Shown here: one piece after another, positions 19,074-27,182 of the stretch
Layout: each line of letters starts with the position of its first letter
Numbering within the stretch: position 1 is the stretch's first letter
Origin: a virus
Taxonomy: Duplodnaviria; Caudoviricetes
Direction: 5' to 3' (one strand)
DNA length: 41,867 nucleotides
IMG/VR virus record: IMGVR_UViG_3300049170_000017
Location: 1 to 41,867 of that record
Made by a program: the position numbers and the translations under genes
The notes under the pieces: model-generated
Told to the model about the DNA's origin: nothing
Databases searched by the model: none
The model's input: the letters and a program-made list of their open reading frames with translations, nothing else

Positions 19074-19406
19074 ATGCCATCAGACCCGACGCCGGCCGAG
19101 ATCATGCTCCGCCTCGAGCACATCACCCAGCAGCTGACGCAGGTCGTGGGCTCCGTCGAACGCCTCTCCTCCCGCATGGAGCAGTCCTACGTCCGCAAGG
19201 ACGTGTACGGCGCCGAGCACCACGCGCTGCGTGCCGACGTGTTCGCCAAGGCCACCGAGATCGAGCGTGACATCAACGAGATCAAGGCTGACCGCAAAGA
19301 CGACGCGAAGTACCGGCGGCAGACGTGGACAGCGATCGGCATGGCGTTCCTTGTGGCACTTATCGGCATCCTCACCTCGATCATGCAGACAGGCGGTTCG
19401 CTATGA
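19074..19406 (+). CDS. Membrane protein: coiled coil with C-terminal TM, 110 aa
   Basis: GGGGGA RBS; C-terminal WTAIGMAFLVALIGILTSIM. Confidence 0.75.
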   Translation: MPSDPTPAEIMLRLEHITQQLTQVVGSVERLSSRMEQSYVRKDVYGAEHHALRADVFAKATEIERDINEIKADRKDDAKYRRQTWTAIGMAFLVALIGILTSIMQTGGSL

Positions 19407-20293
19407 GGAACGACTTCACACGCCGCGTGGCAGCATGGGCGGCGAACCCGCGCACCACGGCCGTCCTGGCGTGGACCGTCGCCATCGTCGGCCTTGTCAC
19501 ACTCCTCCTGCTCGGGATGCGCCTGGCCGCAGGGTCAGACGACCGTGCCGAGCTGAACCAGGCCGTGACCGAGCAGGGCGAGGCGCTGGCTGAGGCGAAC
19601 CGTCGCCTCGAGCTGCTCGGGCAGGCGCCCGTCCCCGAGCCCGTCATGCCTGAGGCTGTGGAGGGTCCGCGCGGTGAGCAGGGTCCGCGCGGTGAGATCG
19701 GGGAGCGTGGCTTCCGCGGCGAGCAGGGCGCCGAGGGTGCGCCGGGCGAACCCGGCCCTTCGGGTGAGCGTGGCCTGACCGGGCCGCGCGGTCCCGCTGG
19801 TGAGCGTGGCCCCGCAGGTGTGGACGGCGCACCCGGCGAGGACGGGGCACCGGGGCCGCAGGGCGAGCCGGGCATCGCAGGTCCGCAGGGTGAGCCCGGT
19901 CCTGCCGGTGCTGACGGCCGCGACGGCATCGACGGTGCCGATGGCAGGGACGGCATCGACGGTGAGGACGGGGCGACCGGACCCCAGGGTGAGCAGGGTC
20001 CAGCCGGGCCAGCTGGCGCCGACTCCACCGTGCCCGGTCCGCCCGGACCTGCTGGTGAGACAGGCCCGGCCGGACCTGCTGGCCCTGCCGGCGAGGACTC
20101 AACCGTGCCAGGGCCACAAGGCCCTGCCGGTGCCGACGGTGCACCCGGACCAGCCGGGCGCGGCATCACGGACGTGGCCTGCGCCGAGGACGGCACGTGG
20201 ATCTTCACCTTCACCGACGGCACCACGCAGGCCGTCGACGGCCCCTGCCGTGTCCTCACCGGCCCACCCATCGACCGAGGCAACGGAGGCTGA
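19403..20293 (+). CDS. Collagen-like membrane protein
   Basis: N-terminal TM, coiled coil, about 53 Gly-X-Y triplets, C-terminal domain with two Cys. Confidence 0.85.
   Translation: MRNDFTRRVAAWAANPRTTAVLAWTVAIVGLVTLLLLGMRLAAGSDDRAELNQAVTEQGEALAEANRRLELLGQAPVPEPVMPEAVEGPRGEQGPRGEIGERGFRGEQGAEGAPGEPGPSGERGLTGPRGPAGERGPAGVDGAPGEDGAPGPQGEPGIAGPQGEPGPAGADGRDGIDGADGRDGIDGEDGATGPQGEQGPAGPAGADSTVPGPPGPAGETGPAGPAGPAGEDSTVPGPQGPAGADGAPGPAGRGITDVACAEDGTWIFTFTDGTTQAVDGPCRVLTGPPIDRGNGG
19664..20164 (+). repeat. Gly-X-Y collagen repeat
   Basis: Runs of 40, 7 and 6 triplets separated by two STVP interruptions. Confidence 0.9.
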
Positions 20294-20296
20294 CCC

Positions 20297-21340
20297 ATGC
20301 CTGACCTCTGGCTCCCCGGCGTCACCCGCCTGGACTGCTCCGCACACGGGCTGCTGCTCGGCAAGGGCGGCAACAACCGCGACGCCTTCCACACGTGGCA
20401 CACGTTCGAGGGCATCAAGCGCCTCAACTACAACTTCTCCGCGATGGCCGGCGCCCGCTACCTCGCGTCCACACTCAAGCTCGCGCACTTCACCTACAAC
20501 CCCGTCCTCGGCGGACTCGTGCAGCTGCTCCCGGCGAACGTGGCCGCCCGCACGCTGCAGGTGAAGGACACCTTCGGTCGCACCGTGGAGACGAACCGCT
20601 ACGGCAAGATCCACATGCAGACCGAAGTGCTCGCCGACGCCACCTACCCGTGGACGCGGGACATGACCCGAGCCGGCCTGGACGACCTCACGCGGCTGAT
20701 GAACTTCCAGCGCGCATGGGGCGTGCCTGACCAGTGGGCGTGGCGCGACGTCGTCCGACCAGCCGCCACCTACGCCGAGGCCAACGCACCCGGCTACCGC
20801 CGCTACCCCGACCGCTCCGGCCACGCCTTCCACTCCAAGTGGCCCGCGAACTCCCACTGGGACCCCGGCGCCATCGTCCCGCCGTGGACGCTCGCGCCGA
20901 CCCCCGACACACCCGCGCCCGACCCGAACAAAGGCTTCGACCTGGAGCACCTGGAACGGGTCGAGTCGCTGCTCGACGTCCTCGGCTACGACGGCGCCGA
21001 CGTCTGGGCGCGGGTTCGCGCCTACCAGCAGGACAACAACCTCACCGCAGACGGGCTCCCCGGCCCACAGACCAGCGCACACCTGGAGGCAACCATGACA
21101 ACCCTGACCGACCGTCTCGACAAGCTCGAGGCCAAGCTCGACGCCGCCCTGGGCCGCGACCCGTGGGCGGGCCGTGTCCCGTTCCAGGAGGGCACGTCGC
21201 TGCACAACACGTTCGGCGAGTCCTTCCGTGCCGGCGCCCTGCTCGGGTACGCCGCACAGCACGCCTACAAGCAGGCCGGCGCCGACCGTGACCAGATCAT
21301 CGCCGAGATCCGCGCCGAGCGCGAGGAGGAGAACGCATGA
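20297..21340 (+). CDS. Endolysin: N-acetylmuramoyl-L-alanine amidase plus PG-binding domain
   Basis: WHTFEG, HSKWPANSHWDPG, VRAYQQDNNLTADGLPGPQT. Confidence 0.85.
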   Translation: MPDLWLPGVTRLDCSAHGLLLGKGGNNRDAFHTWHTFEGIKRLNYNFSAMAGARYLASTLKLAHFTYNPVLGGLVQLLPANVAARTLQVKDTFGRTVETNRYGKIHMQTEVLADATYPWTRDMTRAGLDDLTRLMNFQRAWGVPDQWAWRDVVRPAATYAEANAPGYRRYPDRSGHAFHSKWPANSHWDPGAIVPPWTLAPTPDTPAPDPNKGFDLEHLERVESLLDVLGYDGADVWARVRAYQQDNNLTADGLPGPQTSAHLEATMTTLTDRLDKLEAKLDAALGRDPWAGRVPFQEGTSLHNTFGESFRAGALLGYAAQHAYKQAGADRDQIIAEIRAEREEENA

Positions 21341-21621
21341 GCATCTGGACCGGAGCATTCTGGAAGGCCACGACCGAGCGCGCTATCGCCACCGCCGCAC
21401 AGGTCGCCGTCCTCGTCATCGGCGCCGACATGGCCAACGTCATCGCCGTGGACTGGGCCGAGGTCGGTGGCTTCGCTGCCGGCGGCGCTGTCCTGGCCGT
21501 GCTCAAGGCGCTCGCCGCCGGTGCTGGTGACGGCAACCCCTCGGTCGGTAACCAGGAGACGCTCGCCGGTCGTGGCGCCTACCTTAAAGGCCAGGAGCAC
21601 GACCCCAACCTGCGAGCCTGA
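21337..21621 (+). CDS. Holin (r1t-like)
   Basis: IWTGAFWKATTERAIATAAQ, two hydrophobic helices, follows endolysin. Confidence 0.88.
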   Translation: MSIWTGAFWKATTERAIATAAQVAVLVIGADMANVIAVDWAEVGGFAAGGAVLAVLKALAAGAGDGNPSVGNQETLAGRGAYLKGQEHDPNLRA

Positions 21622-21623
21622 CC

Positions 21624-22004
21624 GTGATCGGTGCCATCATCCTCGCCCACCTCGTCGGCGACTACGTCCTACAGACGCACTGGATGGCGACGGAGAAGGT
21701 CAACCGCTGGTGGCCTGCCATTGCCCACGGCGTGACCTACACGCTGCCGTTCCTACTCATCACCACCTCACCACTGGCGCTGCTGGTGATCGGCGGCACG
21801 CATGTCGTCATCGACCGCTACCGCCTCGCCAAGTACCTCGTATGGGCGAAGAACCAACTCGCGCCGAAGTCACACCGCCCGCGTCACGTCGGCGCGACAG
21901 GTGCCACCGAGGACTCGCCTGCGTGGCTGGCCGTGTGGCTGATGATCATTGCCGACAACACCGCGCACCTAGTCATCAACGTGGCGGCGGTGAACTGGCT
22001 ATGA
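21624..22004 (+). CDS. DUF3307-like membrane protein
   Basis: AHLVGDYVLQT, HVVIDR, ADNTAH conserved His/Asp motifs. Confidence 0.8.
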   Translation: MIGAIILAHLVGDYVLQTHWMATEKVNRWWPAIAHGVTYTLPFLLITTSPLALLVIGGTHVVIDRYRLAKYLVWAKNQLAPKSHRPRHVGATGATEDSPAWLAVWLMIIADNTAHLVINVAAVNWL

Positions 22005-22156
22005 ACACCGACACGCCACTGCAGGGCCACCCGTCCGCGCAGCTAGCCCTGTTCGGCGCCGCCACGGGCTTCGCGGTCATGACGTGGTGGGTGCCGCGCG
22101 TCGCCTGGGGCATCGTCCACGACCGCTGTGGGCAGAGCCACCGGAAGATGAGGTGA
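22001..22156 (+). CDS. Small membrane protein, 51 aa
   Basis: ATGA overlap; one hydrophobic segment. Confidence 0.55.
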   Translation: MNTDTPLQGHPSAQLALFGAATGFAVMTWWVPRVAWGIVHDRCGQSHRKMR

Positions 22157-22160
22157 CCCC

Positions 22161-22190
22161 ATGACCGAACGCACCCTCGACCGGCGCGTC
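22161..22190 (+). pseudogene. Orphaned 5' end (MTERTLDRRV) of the cysteine protease gene
   Basis: GAGGTG RBS; matches TDRRLDRLV in the 22778 protein; ends at the HNH stop codon. Confidence 0.65.
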
Positions 22191-22734
22191 AGATGTGCGT
22201 CCACGCTTTCCTCAGGATGATGTTCCTGACCTGCTCGGGAGAAATCCCGTAACGCTTCGCGAGGACCGGGTAAGAAACACGCCGGGGTACGTAAGCTGCA
22301 CGCATCTCCAAAACCTGAGTATCGGTTAGTTTGGCGTTGCCCGACTCCTCGCCACGCCTAATCAACTGAGGCCGCACTCCCTTCTCTACGCGCTCCGGGA
22401 ACCGGCGGGTCCAGTGCTTATCGCCAACCGTACCCCTGCCCTTCCGTGCCATGTCCTTCATGTTGGCGAAGTTGTCCCCTAAGAACAGGTGGTCCGGACG
22501 TACGCACGGAGGGTTGTCACAATGGTGGCAGACGAACATGCCCTCAGGGATCGGTCCGTGAGTGAACTGCCAAGAGAGTCGGTGGGCCTTGTGCGTTTTG
22601 TAGTTTATGCACATCCGACCGTACCCCTTGGCGTCAATGCTGCCGCGCCATAGCCAACACCCATCATCGGGCCGTTCTACCTGCCGCCAGAAACGCTCTG
22701 CATCAGATTCATCGCCACGCTTTCCCCAGCCCAT
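22189..22734 (-). CDS. HNH homing endonuclease
   Basis: RFW..V...DGCWLWRG, AHRLSW, VCHHCDNPPCVRPDHL, C-terminal HTH; atypical codons; leaderless ATG at 22734 preferred to 22752. Confidence 0.9.
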   Translation of the reverse strand: MGWGKRGDESDAERFWRQVERPDDGCWLWRGSIDAKGYGRMCINYKTHKAHRLSWQFTHGPIPEGMFVCHHCDNPPCVRPDHLFLGDNFANMKDMARKGRGTVGDKHWTRRFPERVEKGVRPQLIRRGEESGNAKLTDTQVLEMRAAYVPRRVSYPVLAKRYGISPEQVRNIILRKAWTHI

Positions 22735-22740
22735 GACGCC

Positions 22741-22746
22741 AGTATA
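22741..22746 (-). promoter_or_regulatory. -10 element TATACT, leaderless promoter of the HNH gene
   Basis: 6 nt upstream of ATG 22734. Confidence 0.55.
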
Positions 22747-22777
22747 CAGCATCTAACTGCATTAAGGAGCGCCCGCG

Positions 22778-23449
22778 ATGACTCACCGACTCAGGGATGG
22801 AACTGCCACCACCGACCGCAGGCTTGACCGATTGGTGGAGCGCGATCCCCGCTCACGCTCCTACGACGTGCGCGGCATCGTCGACCGCACCCAACCCCGC
22901 TCCTACACCTGGCGCGTCGGTGCATGGCTCGACCAAGGCCGCGAAGGCGCCTGCGTCGGCTACGCATGGGCGCACGAGATCGCAGCCCGCCCCAAGGTCC
23001 ACGACGTCACCGCACAGCTGGCGACGACGATCTACCACGAAGCCCGCAAGATCGACCCCTGGCCCGGTGAGAACTACGACGGAACCAGCGTCCTCGCCGG
23101 TGTCAAGGTCGCGCAACGGCTCGGCTACTTCCACGAGTACCGGTGGGCGTTCTCCCTGCAGGACGCGCTCACGGTCGTGTCCCGTCATGGGCCGGCCGTC
23201 ATCGGGGTCAACTGGTACTCAGGCATGTGGGACACCGACGCGAACGGGTACATCCGCCCCACGGGCAGCGTCGTCGGTGGTCACGCGATCGTCCTCAACG
23301 GCGTCAACGTCAAGGGCCGCTACGCCACGCTGCATAACAGCTGGGGCCCGCGTTGGGGCGTCAACGGCTCTGCCCGCATCACGTGGGACGACCTCGGCCG
23401 CCTACTCGACGAACGCGGCGAAGTGTGCGTCCCGGTGGTGCGCCGCTGA
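22778..23449 (+). CDS. Papain-like (C1 family) cysteine peptidase
   Basis: LDQGREGACVG (Gln, Cys), GGHAI (His), HNSWG (Asn); TAAGGAG RBS. Confidence 0.88.
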   Translation: MTHRLRDGTATTDRRLDRLVERDPRSRSYDVRGIVDRTQPRSYTWRVGAWLDQGREGACVGYAWAHEIAARPKVHDVTAQLATTIYHEARKIDPWPGENYDGTSVLAGVKVAQRLGYFHEYRWAFSLQDALTVVSRHGPAVIGVNWYSGMWDTDANGYIRPTGSVVGGHAIVLNGVNVKGRYATLHNSWGPRWGVNGSARITWDDLGRLLDERGEVCVPVVRR

Positions 23450-23635
23450 CCCTTTCCGGCAACTAGCCGGGCATGAATGTCACAGAACGCCGACATCCCG
23501 GAATGTCGCCGAACGACGACAGTTGATAGCACCGCGATATCACGACCTATAAGGCCGGATAAGACAACTCCATAGAGAAACCATCGGCGCTGCCACGCCA
23601 CACGGACGGGCAGCCAGCACGAGGAGAAGCCCCGC

Positions 23636-23920
23636 ATGGGACTCGCCCAAGTCGTAGCCAGCACACCCACCGCACGCCCGAACACAGGACTCCCCTGCTC
23701 CGTCGGCGCACTCATCGACTCCCTCGAGGGCGATGAGCTCGACGCGCTGCTACTGATCCTCTACGGAGACGGACGCCAACGGGGAGGTCGGGGCAGGCCC
23801 GCGAAGGAGGTGCACCGGCTGATCCTGGACGGCGGCTACCACGCCTCCTACCAGCAGATCAACAGGCACCGCGATCCCCGCGAGGGCTCCTGCCGCTGCG
23901 ACCGTGGGCTGCCCGCATGA
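23636..23920 (+). CDS. Small putative Zn-binding/HTH protein
   Basis: GAGGAG RBS; PCSVG...RHR..CRC. Confidence 0.65.
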   Translation: MGLAQVVASTPTARPNTGLPCSVGALIDSLEGDELDALLLILYGDGRQRGGRGRPAKEVHRLILDGGYHASYQQINRHRDPREGSCRCDRGLPA

Positions 23921-24726
23921 GCCTCGCCGAGCTGGTCCGCGCCAGCACCGACGTACGTAATCGCGTACGCCCCACCGCGCTCGACGCCAGTAACGTTCTG
24001 ACGTTCGATATCGAAACCTTCCCAGCCAAGGTCCAGTTCGACACCTACGACCTCAAGCTGCGAAACCCCTACATCCACCACACCAACGTCATCCGGCCAG
24101 GCGGGATGCTCTGCTGGTCCGCGAAGTGGTACCACCAACCCCACTCCGTCATCTACCGCGACGTCCGCCACCCCGACATGCTCACCGACCTATGGAAGCT
24201 GCTCGACCACGCCTCCTACATGGTGACCTACAACGGCGACCGCTTCGACTGGCGCAAGGTCCGCGGCTACTTCGCTCGCGAAGGACTCACCCCACCCCGG
24301 CAGCCCAAGTCGATCGACCTCTACAAGACGGCCGGCACGTTCGGCTTCGAGTCACGCTCACTCGACTATGCCTGCCGCATGTTCGGCATCCGCCGCAAGA
24401 TCGACAACGGCGGCGCCGGCAACTGGCGCGCCTGCCTCGACGGTGACGAGCAGGCATGGAAGCGCATGCGTACCTACTGCGGCGGGGATGTCCGTGCGAC
24501 CGAGGATCTGTTCGACGCCATGCGACCGTGGATCACCAACCACCCCATCATGGGCTACCCCGGCGACGACAAGACCCGCTGTCCCCGGTGCCTGTCCACC
24601 GACGTGAAGGACGTCGGCGCGGTGCAGGCCCAGGTCATCCGCTACCGGCAGTACCGCTGCATGGAGTGCACCGGCCTGTTCCGTACCACGATGCACTCGC
24701 GCGCCGGACAGGTGAAGGCGTTGTAG
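23917..24726 (+). CDS. RNase H-fold 3'-5' exonuclease (RNase_H_2/DnaQ-like) with C-terminal Zn ribbon
   Basis: FDIET, YNGDRFD, YCGGDV, CPRC..CMEC. Confidence 0.85.
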   Translation: MSLAELVRASTDVRNRVRPTALDASNVLTFDIETFPAKVQFDTYDLKLRNPYIHHTNVIRPGGMLCWSAKWYHQPHSVIYRDVRHPDMLTDLWKLLDHASYMVTYNGDRFDWRKVRGYFAREGLTPPRQPKSIDLYKTAGTFGFESRSLDYACRMFGIRRKIDNGGAGNWRACLDGDEQAWKRMRTYCGGDVRATEDLFDAMRPWITNHPIMGYPGDDKTRCPRCLSTDVKDVGAVQAQVIRYRQYRCMECTGLFRTTMHSRAGQVKAL

Positions 24727-24753
24727 CGATCGGTGTACCTGTTTGTTGCACTC

Positions 24754-24791
24754 GCCCCCCGCGTCATGCTCCGGCATGGCGCGGGGGCTTT
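24754..24791 (+). terminator. Rho-independent terminator
   Basis: Long stem CCCCCGCGTCATGC-TCCG-GCATGGCGCGGGGG followed by CTTT. Confidence 0.75.
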
Positions 24792-24822
24792 CGTCGTTTC
24801 GGAAACCCCTCTTGTATAGGTG

Positions 24823-24858
24823 TTGACACCCCCTCTAGATGCCTGTATAGTTCTATAC
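24823..24858 (+). promoter_or_regulatory. SigA-type leaderless promoter with palindromic operator
   Basis: TTGACA-17-TATAGT-7-ATG; TGTATAG-TT-CTATACA (24844-24859) covers the -10. Confidence 0.85.
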
Positions 24859-25095
24859 ATGAACACAGCAACCACCACCGCCCCCACCTTCGCCGAGGCC
24901 ATGACCGCCTCCCGCTTCTTCGCCCGCAACATCGAGGCCATCAAGATCAGCCTCGCCCCCGCGGATTACATCTGGAACGCACGCGGCCAGCAGCTCGCCG
25001 AGGCAAGCGTGCGCCAGGCGCTCCGCCTCCAGATGATCCCCGCCACCCGCGCCAACGTCACCGCCGCTCTCGCCTACGTCGCCGAGGGCAAGTGA
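24859..25095 (+). CDS. Hypothetical protein, 78 aa
   Basis: ATG at the predicted transcription start; phage-typical codons. Confidence 0.75.
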   Translation: MNTATTTAPTFAEAMTASRFFARNIEAIKISLAPADYIWNARGQQLAEASVRQALRLQMIPATRANVTAALAYVAEGK

Positions 25096-25298
25096 TGAGC
25101 GACTACACGGAGCGCCTGACCACCGCGGGCAAACGTCACGCCAGCGACAAAGCACGCCTAGCACGCTCCCGCGACGACCTCGCCGACCTCGTTCAGCTCG
25201 CGGTCCGTAACGGCATGAGCGAGGTGGAGGCAGCCCGTCATGCCGGCGTCACCCGCATGACTGTTCGTGCGTGGCTCGGGAAGGACAAGCGCATGTAG
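25095..25298 (+). CDS. HTH DNA-binding protein, 67 aa
   Basis: GMSEVEAARHAGVTRMTVRAWLG; TGATG coupling. Confidence 0.85.
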   Translation: MSDYTERLTTAGKRHASDKARLARSRDDLADLVQLAVRNGMSEVEAARHAGVTRMTVRAWLGKDKRM

Positions 25299-25313
25299 GC
25301 GTCCACCCCGCAC

Positions 25314-25351
25314 CCCCCGCTCGACTCCTCGGAGTTGGGCGGGGGCCTTTT
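25314..25351 (+). terminator. Rho-independent terminator
   Basis: CCCCCGCTCGACTC / GAGTTGGGCGGGGG stem followed by CCTTTT. Confidence 0.75.
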
Positions 25352-25366
25352 GCGTTGCCCAAACCG

Positions 25367-25600
25367 GATTTGCGAACGATTTGCGAATAGCGACCTCACT
25401 GCTCACCTGTCCAGCACCTCACAAAACGGCATCCTTGCAGGTCATCCCATGGAGCTGGCGAGGAGATTCGAACTCCCAACCGCCTGTTTACAAGACAGGT
25501 AAAGGGGTACGCTGGGGGTGGGTACTGTGCCCCTGACCAGCGGGTTTACGTGTCGTGTCCAGACTTGTCCTGACACCACATGACTGACAAGATTTGCGAA
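25367..25600 (+). repeat. Putative integrase arm-type sites GATTTGCGAA x3
   Basis: Exact copies at 25367-25376, 25378-25387 and 25591-25600 flanking the core. Confidence 0.7.
25450..25499 (-). other. attP: attP common core: 3' half of tRNA-Thr(UGU)
   Basis: Reverse strand reads CCTGT-CTTGTAA-ACAGG anticodon arm, GGGAG-TTCGAAT-CTCCT T arm, CGCCAGC-T-CCA end; adjacent to integrase. Confidence 0.9.
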
Positions 25601-25616
25601 ACGGGAAGGGACAGGT

Positions 25617-26891
25617 ATGGGACGGCGACAGTACGGCACCGGGTCGGTCTACCAGCGCCACGACGCCACATGCCCACCTGTTAAACAAACAGGTGGCGAC
25701 CGTCCTGAGCACGACTGCCAGGGCCGGTGGATGGGCGTCATTCAGGCCGGATGGACCCCCCGCGGCACCCGGCGCACCATCTCCGTCAGTGGCGCCACCG
25801 AGAAGGAAGTCAGGGCCAAGCTCAATAAGAAGCGGCGTGAGCTCGACGCAGCCGGAGGACCAGCCAAGGCCGTCAGCGGACGCGCCACCGTCAAGACCTG
25901 GGCTGAGCAGTGGTTGCAGATCCACGAGCGCAAGGTGCGACCCAAGGCGTTCGTCACTGACGCCGGCGCTGTCCGCCGCTGGATCATCCCCACCATCGGG
26001 CACAAACGGCTCGGCTCCCTGACCCGCACCGACGTCCGCGCGCTGCACAAGGCCGTCACCGACGCCGGCCGATCGACCACCACGGCCCGGCAGGCACACT
26101 TCGTCCTCATGGGGATGCTCAAGGCCGCCGCCGACGAGGGCAACGCACAGATCTCCACCGAGGTCACCACCACCCCCGCACCCGCACGCGCAGCCAACGA
26201 CCGCGACGCCATCCCCCTGCTCGACGCGATCCGCCTGCGCGACCTCGCCCGCACCCGACCAGACGCCGCACGGTGGGAACTGGCCCTGCACTACGGGATG
26301 CGGCAGGGCGAGGCGCTGGGCCTCACCTGGGACGCGCTCGACCTGTCCCGCCCCGGTGCGCCACTGACGATCGAGTGGCAGCTGCAGCAGCTCCCCTACG
26401 CCGACCGCGCCGCGGGCACCTTCCGTGTCCCCGATGGGTACGAGGCGCGGCACCTGGCCGGCTCCTACCACCTCGTGCGGCCCAAGTCCAAGACCGGCTA
26501 CCGCGTCGTGCCGATCATCGCGGACCTGCGCGACCACCTCCTGCGCTGGCGTGACGAGCACGCCGTCGACAACCCCTGGGGCCTCGTCTGGACCGGCACC
26601 GACACCCGCAAGGGACGCGACAAGGTACTACCGAGGCGCCCGGCCGTCGACCGGGCCGACTGGATCGCCCTGCAGGACGAGGCTGGTGTGCGCCACCCGT
26701 CAGGACGGCACTACGTACTGCACGAAGCGAGGCACACCGCGGCCACGCTCCTGATGATGGAGGGTGTCGACGCGCAGGTCATCTCGGCCATCCTCGGCCA
26801 CACCATCCAGGCATCCAAGACCTACAAGCACGTCTCCACCGCGCTCGCGGCCGAGGCGCTGGGACGCTCGGCGCGACGCCTCGAGGGCTAG
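25617..26891 (+). CDS. int: Tyrosine integrase
   Basis: GTGSVYQR N-terminus, GMRQGE, PKS, HEARH, LGH, TY catalytic residues. Confidence 0.95.
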   Translation: MGRRQYGTGSVYQRHDATCPPVKQTGGDRPEHDCQGRWMGVIQAGWTPRGTRRTISVSGATEKEVRAKLNKKRRELDAAGGPAKAVSGRATVKTWAEQWLQIHERKVRPKAFVTDAGAVRRWIIPTIGHKRLGSLTRTDVRALHKAVTDAGRSTTTARQAHFVLMGMLKAAADEGNAQISTEVTTTPAPARAANDRDAIPLLDAIRLRDLARTRPDAARWELALHYGMRQGEALGLTWDALDLSRPGAPLTIEWQLQQLPYADRAAGTFRVPDGYEARHLAGSYHLVRPKSKTGYRVVPIIADLRDHLLRWRDEHAVDNPWGLVWTGTDTRKGRDKVLPRRPAVDRADWIALQDEAGVRHPSGRHYVLHEARHTAATLLMMEGVDAQVISAILGHTIQASKTYKHVSTALAAEALGRSARRLEG

Positions 26892-27103
26892 GACGCGCGG
26901 CGTTCGACCTGTTTCACTCCCCCGATGTACATCCAGCGCGTCTGTGCGTAGTTCGTGACCGTGCGCGTCAGTGCATCCAGCAGCACGCCGGGCGGGGCCG
27001 AGAGATCGACCTGGAGCACGACCTCCCCATCCCCCTCGCAGATGAGCACGTGCCGCCCACGTGGCATCACTTCCGAGCCGTCGACGAACCTCACGACATC
27101 CAC
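26888..27103 (-). CDS. Hypothetical protein, 71 aa
   Basis: GAGG RBS before GTG; stop overlaps the int stop; downstream of repressor. Confidence 0.6.
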   Translation of the reverse strand: MDVVRFVDGSEVMPRGRHVLICEGDGEVVLQVDLSAPPGVLLDALTRTVTNYAQTRWMYIGGVKQVERRAS

Positions 27104-27182
27104 CCTCAGCCTCCCGAGTCAGGGCCACCCGACAACACCGCCGGGCGGTCACCCTCACCATAGGTCGGGCCGGTGACACCTA

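Noticed and set aside
19190-19203. Additional CGCAAGG hairpins in coding regions (also near 32377 and 36040)
   Set aside because: Single, 4-nt GCAA loops, mostly explained by Arg-Lys codons; not counted with the paired 5-nt-loop motif, but they show a background rate
19381-20427. Pro/Gly-rich minus-strand ORF
   Set aside because: Reverse complement of the collagen repeat
23450-23635. ncRNA or promoter in the lower-GC spacer
   Set aside because: Only a weak GACAT/ATGTC stem and no convincing -35/-10 pair
25450-25499. Complete tRNA-Thr gene
   Set aside because: No D arm or 5' acceptor strand; it is the attP core
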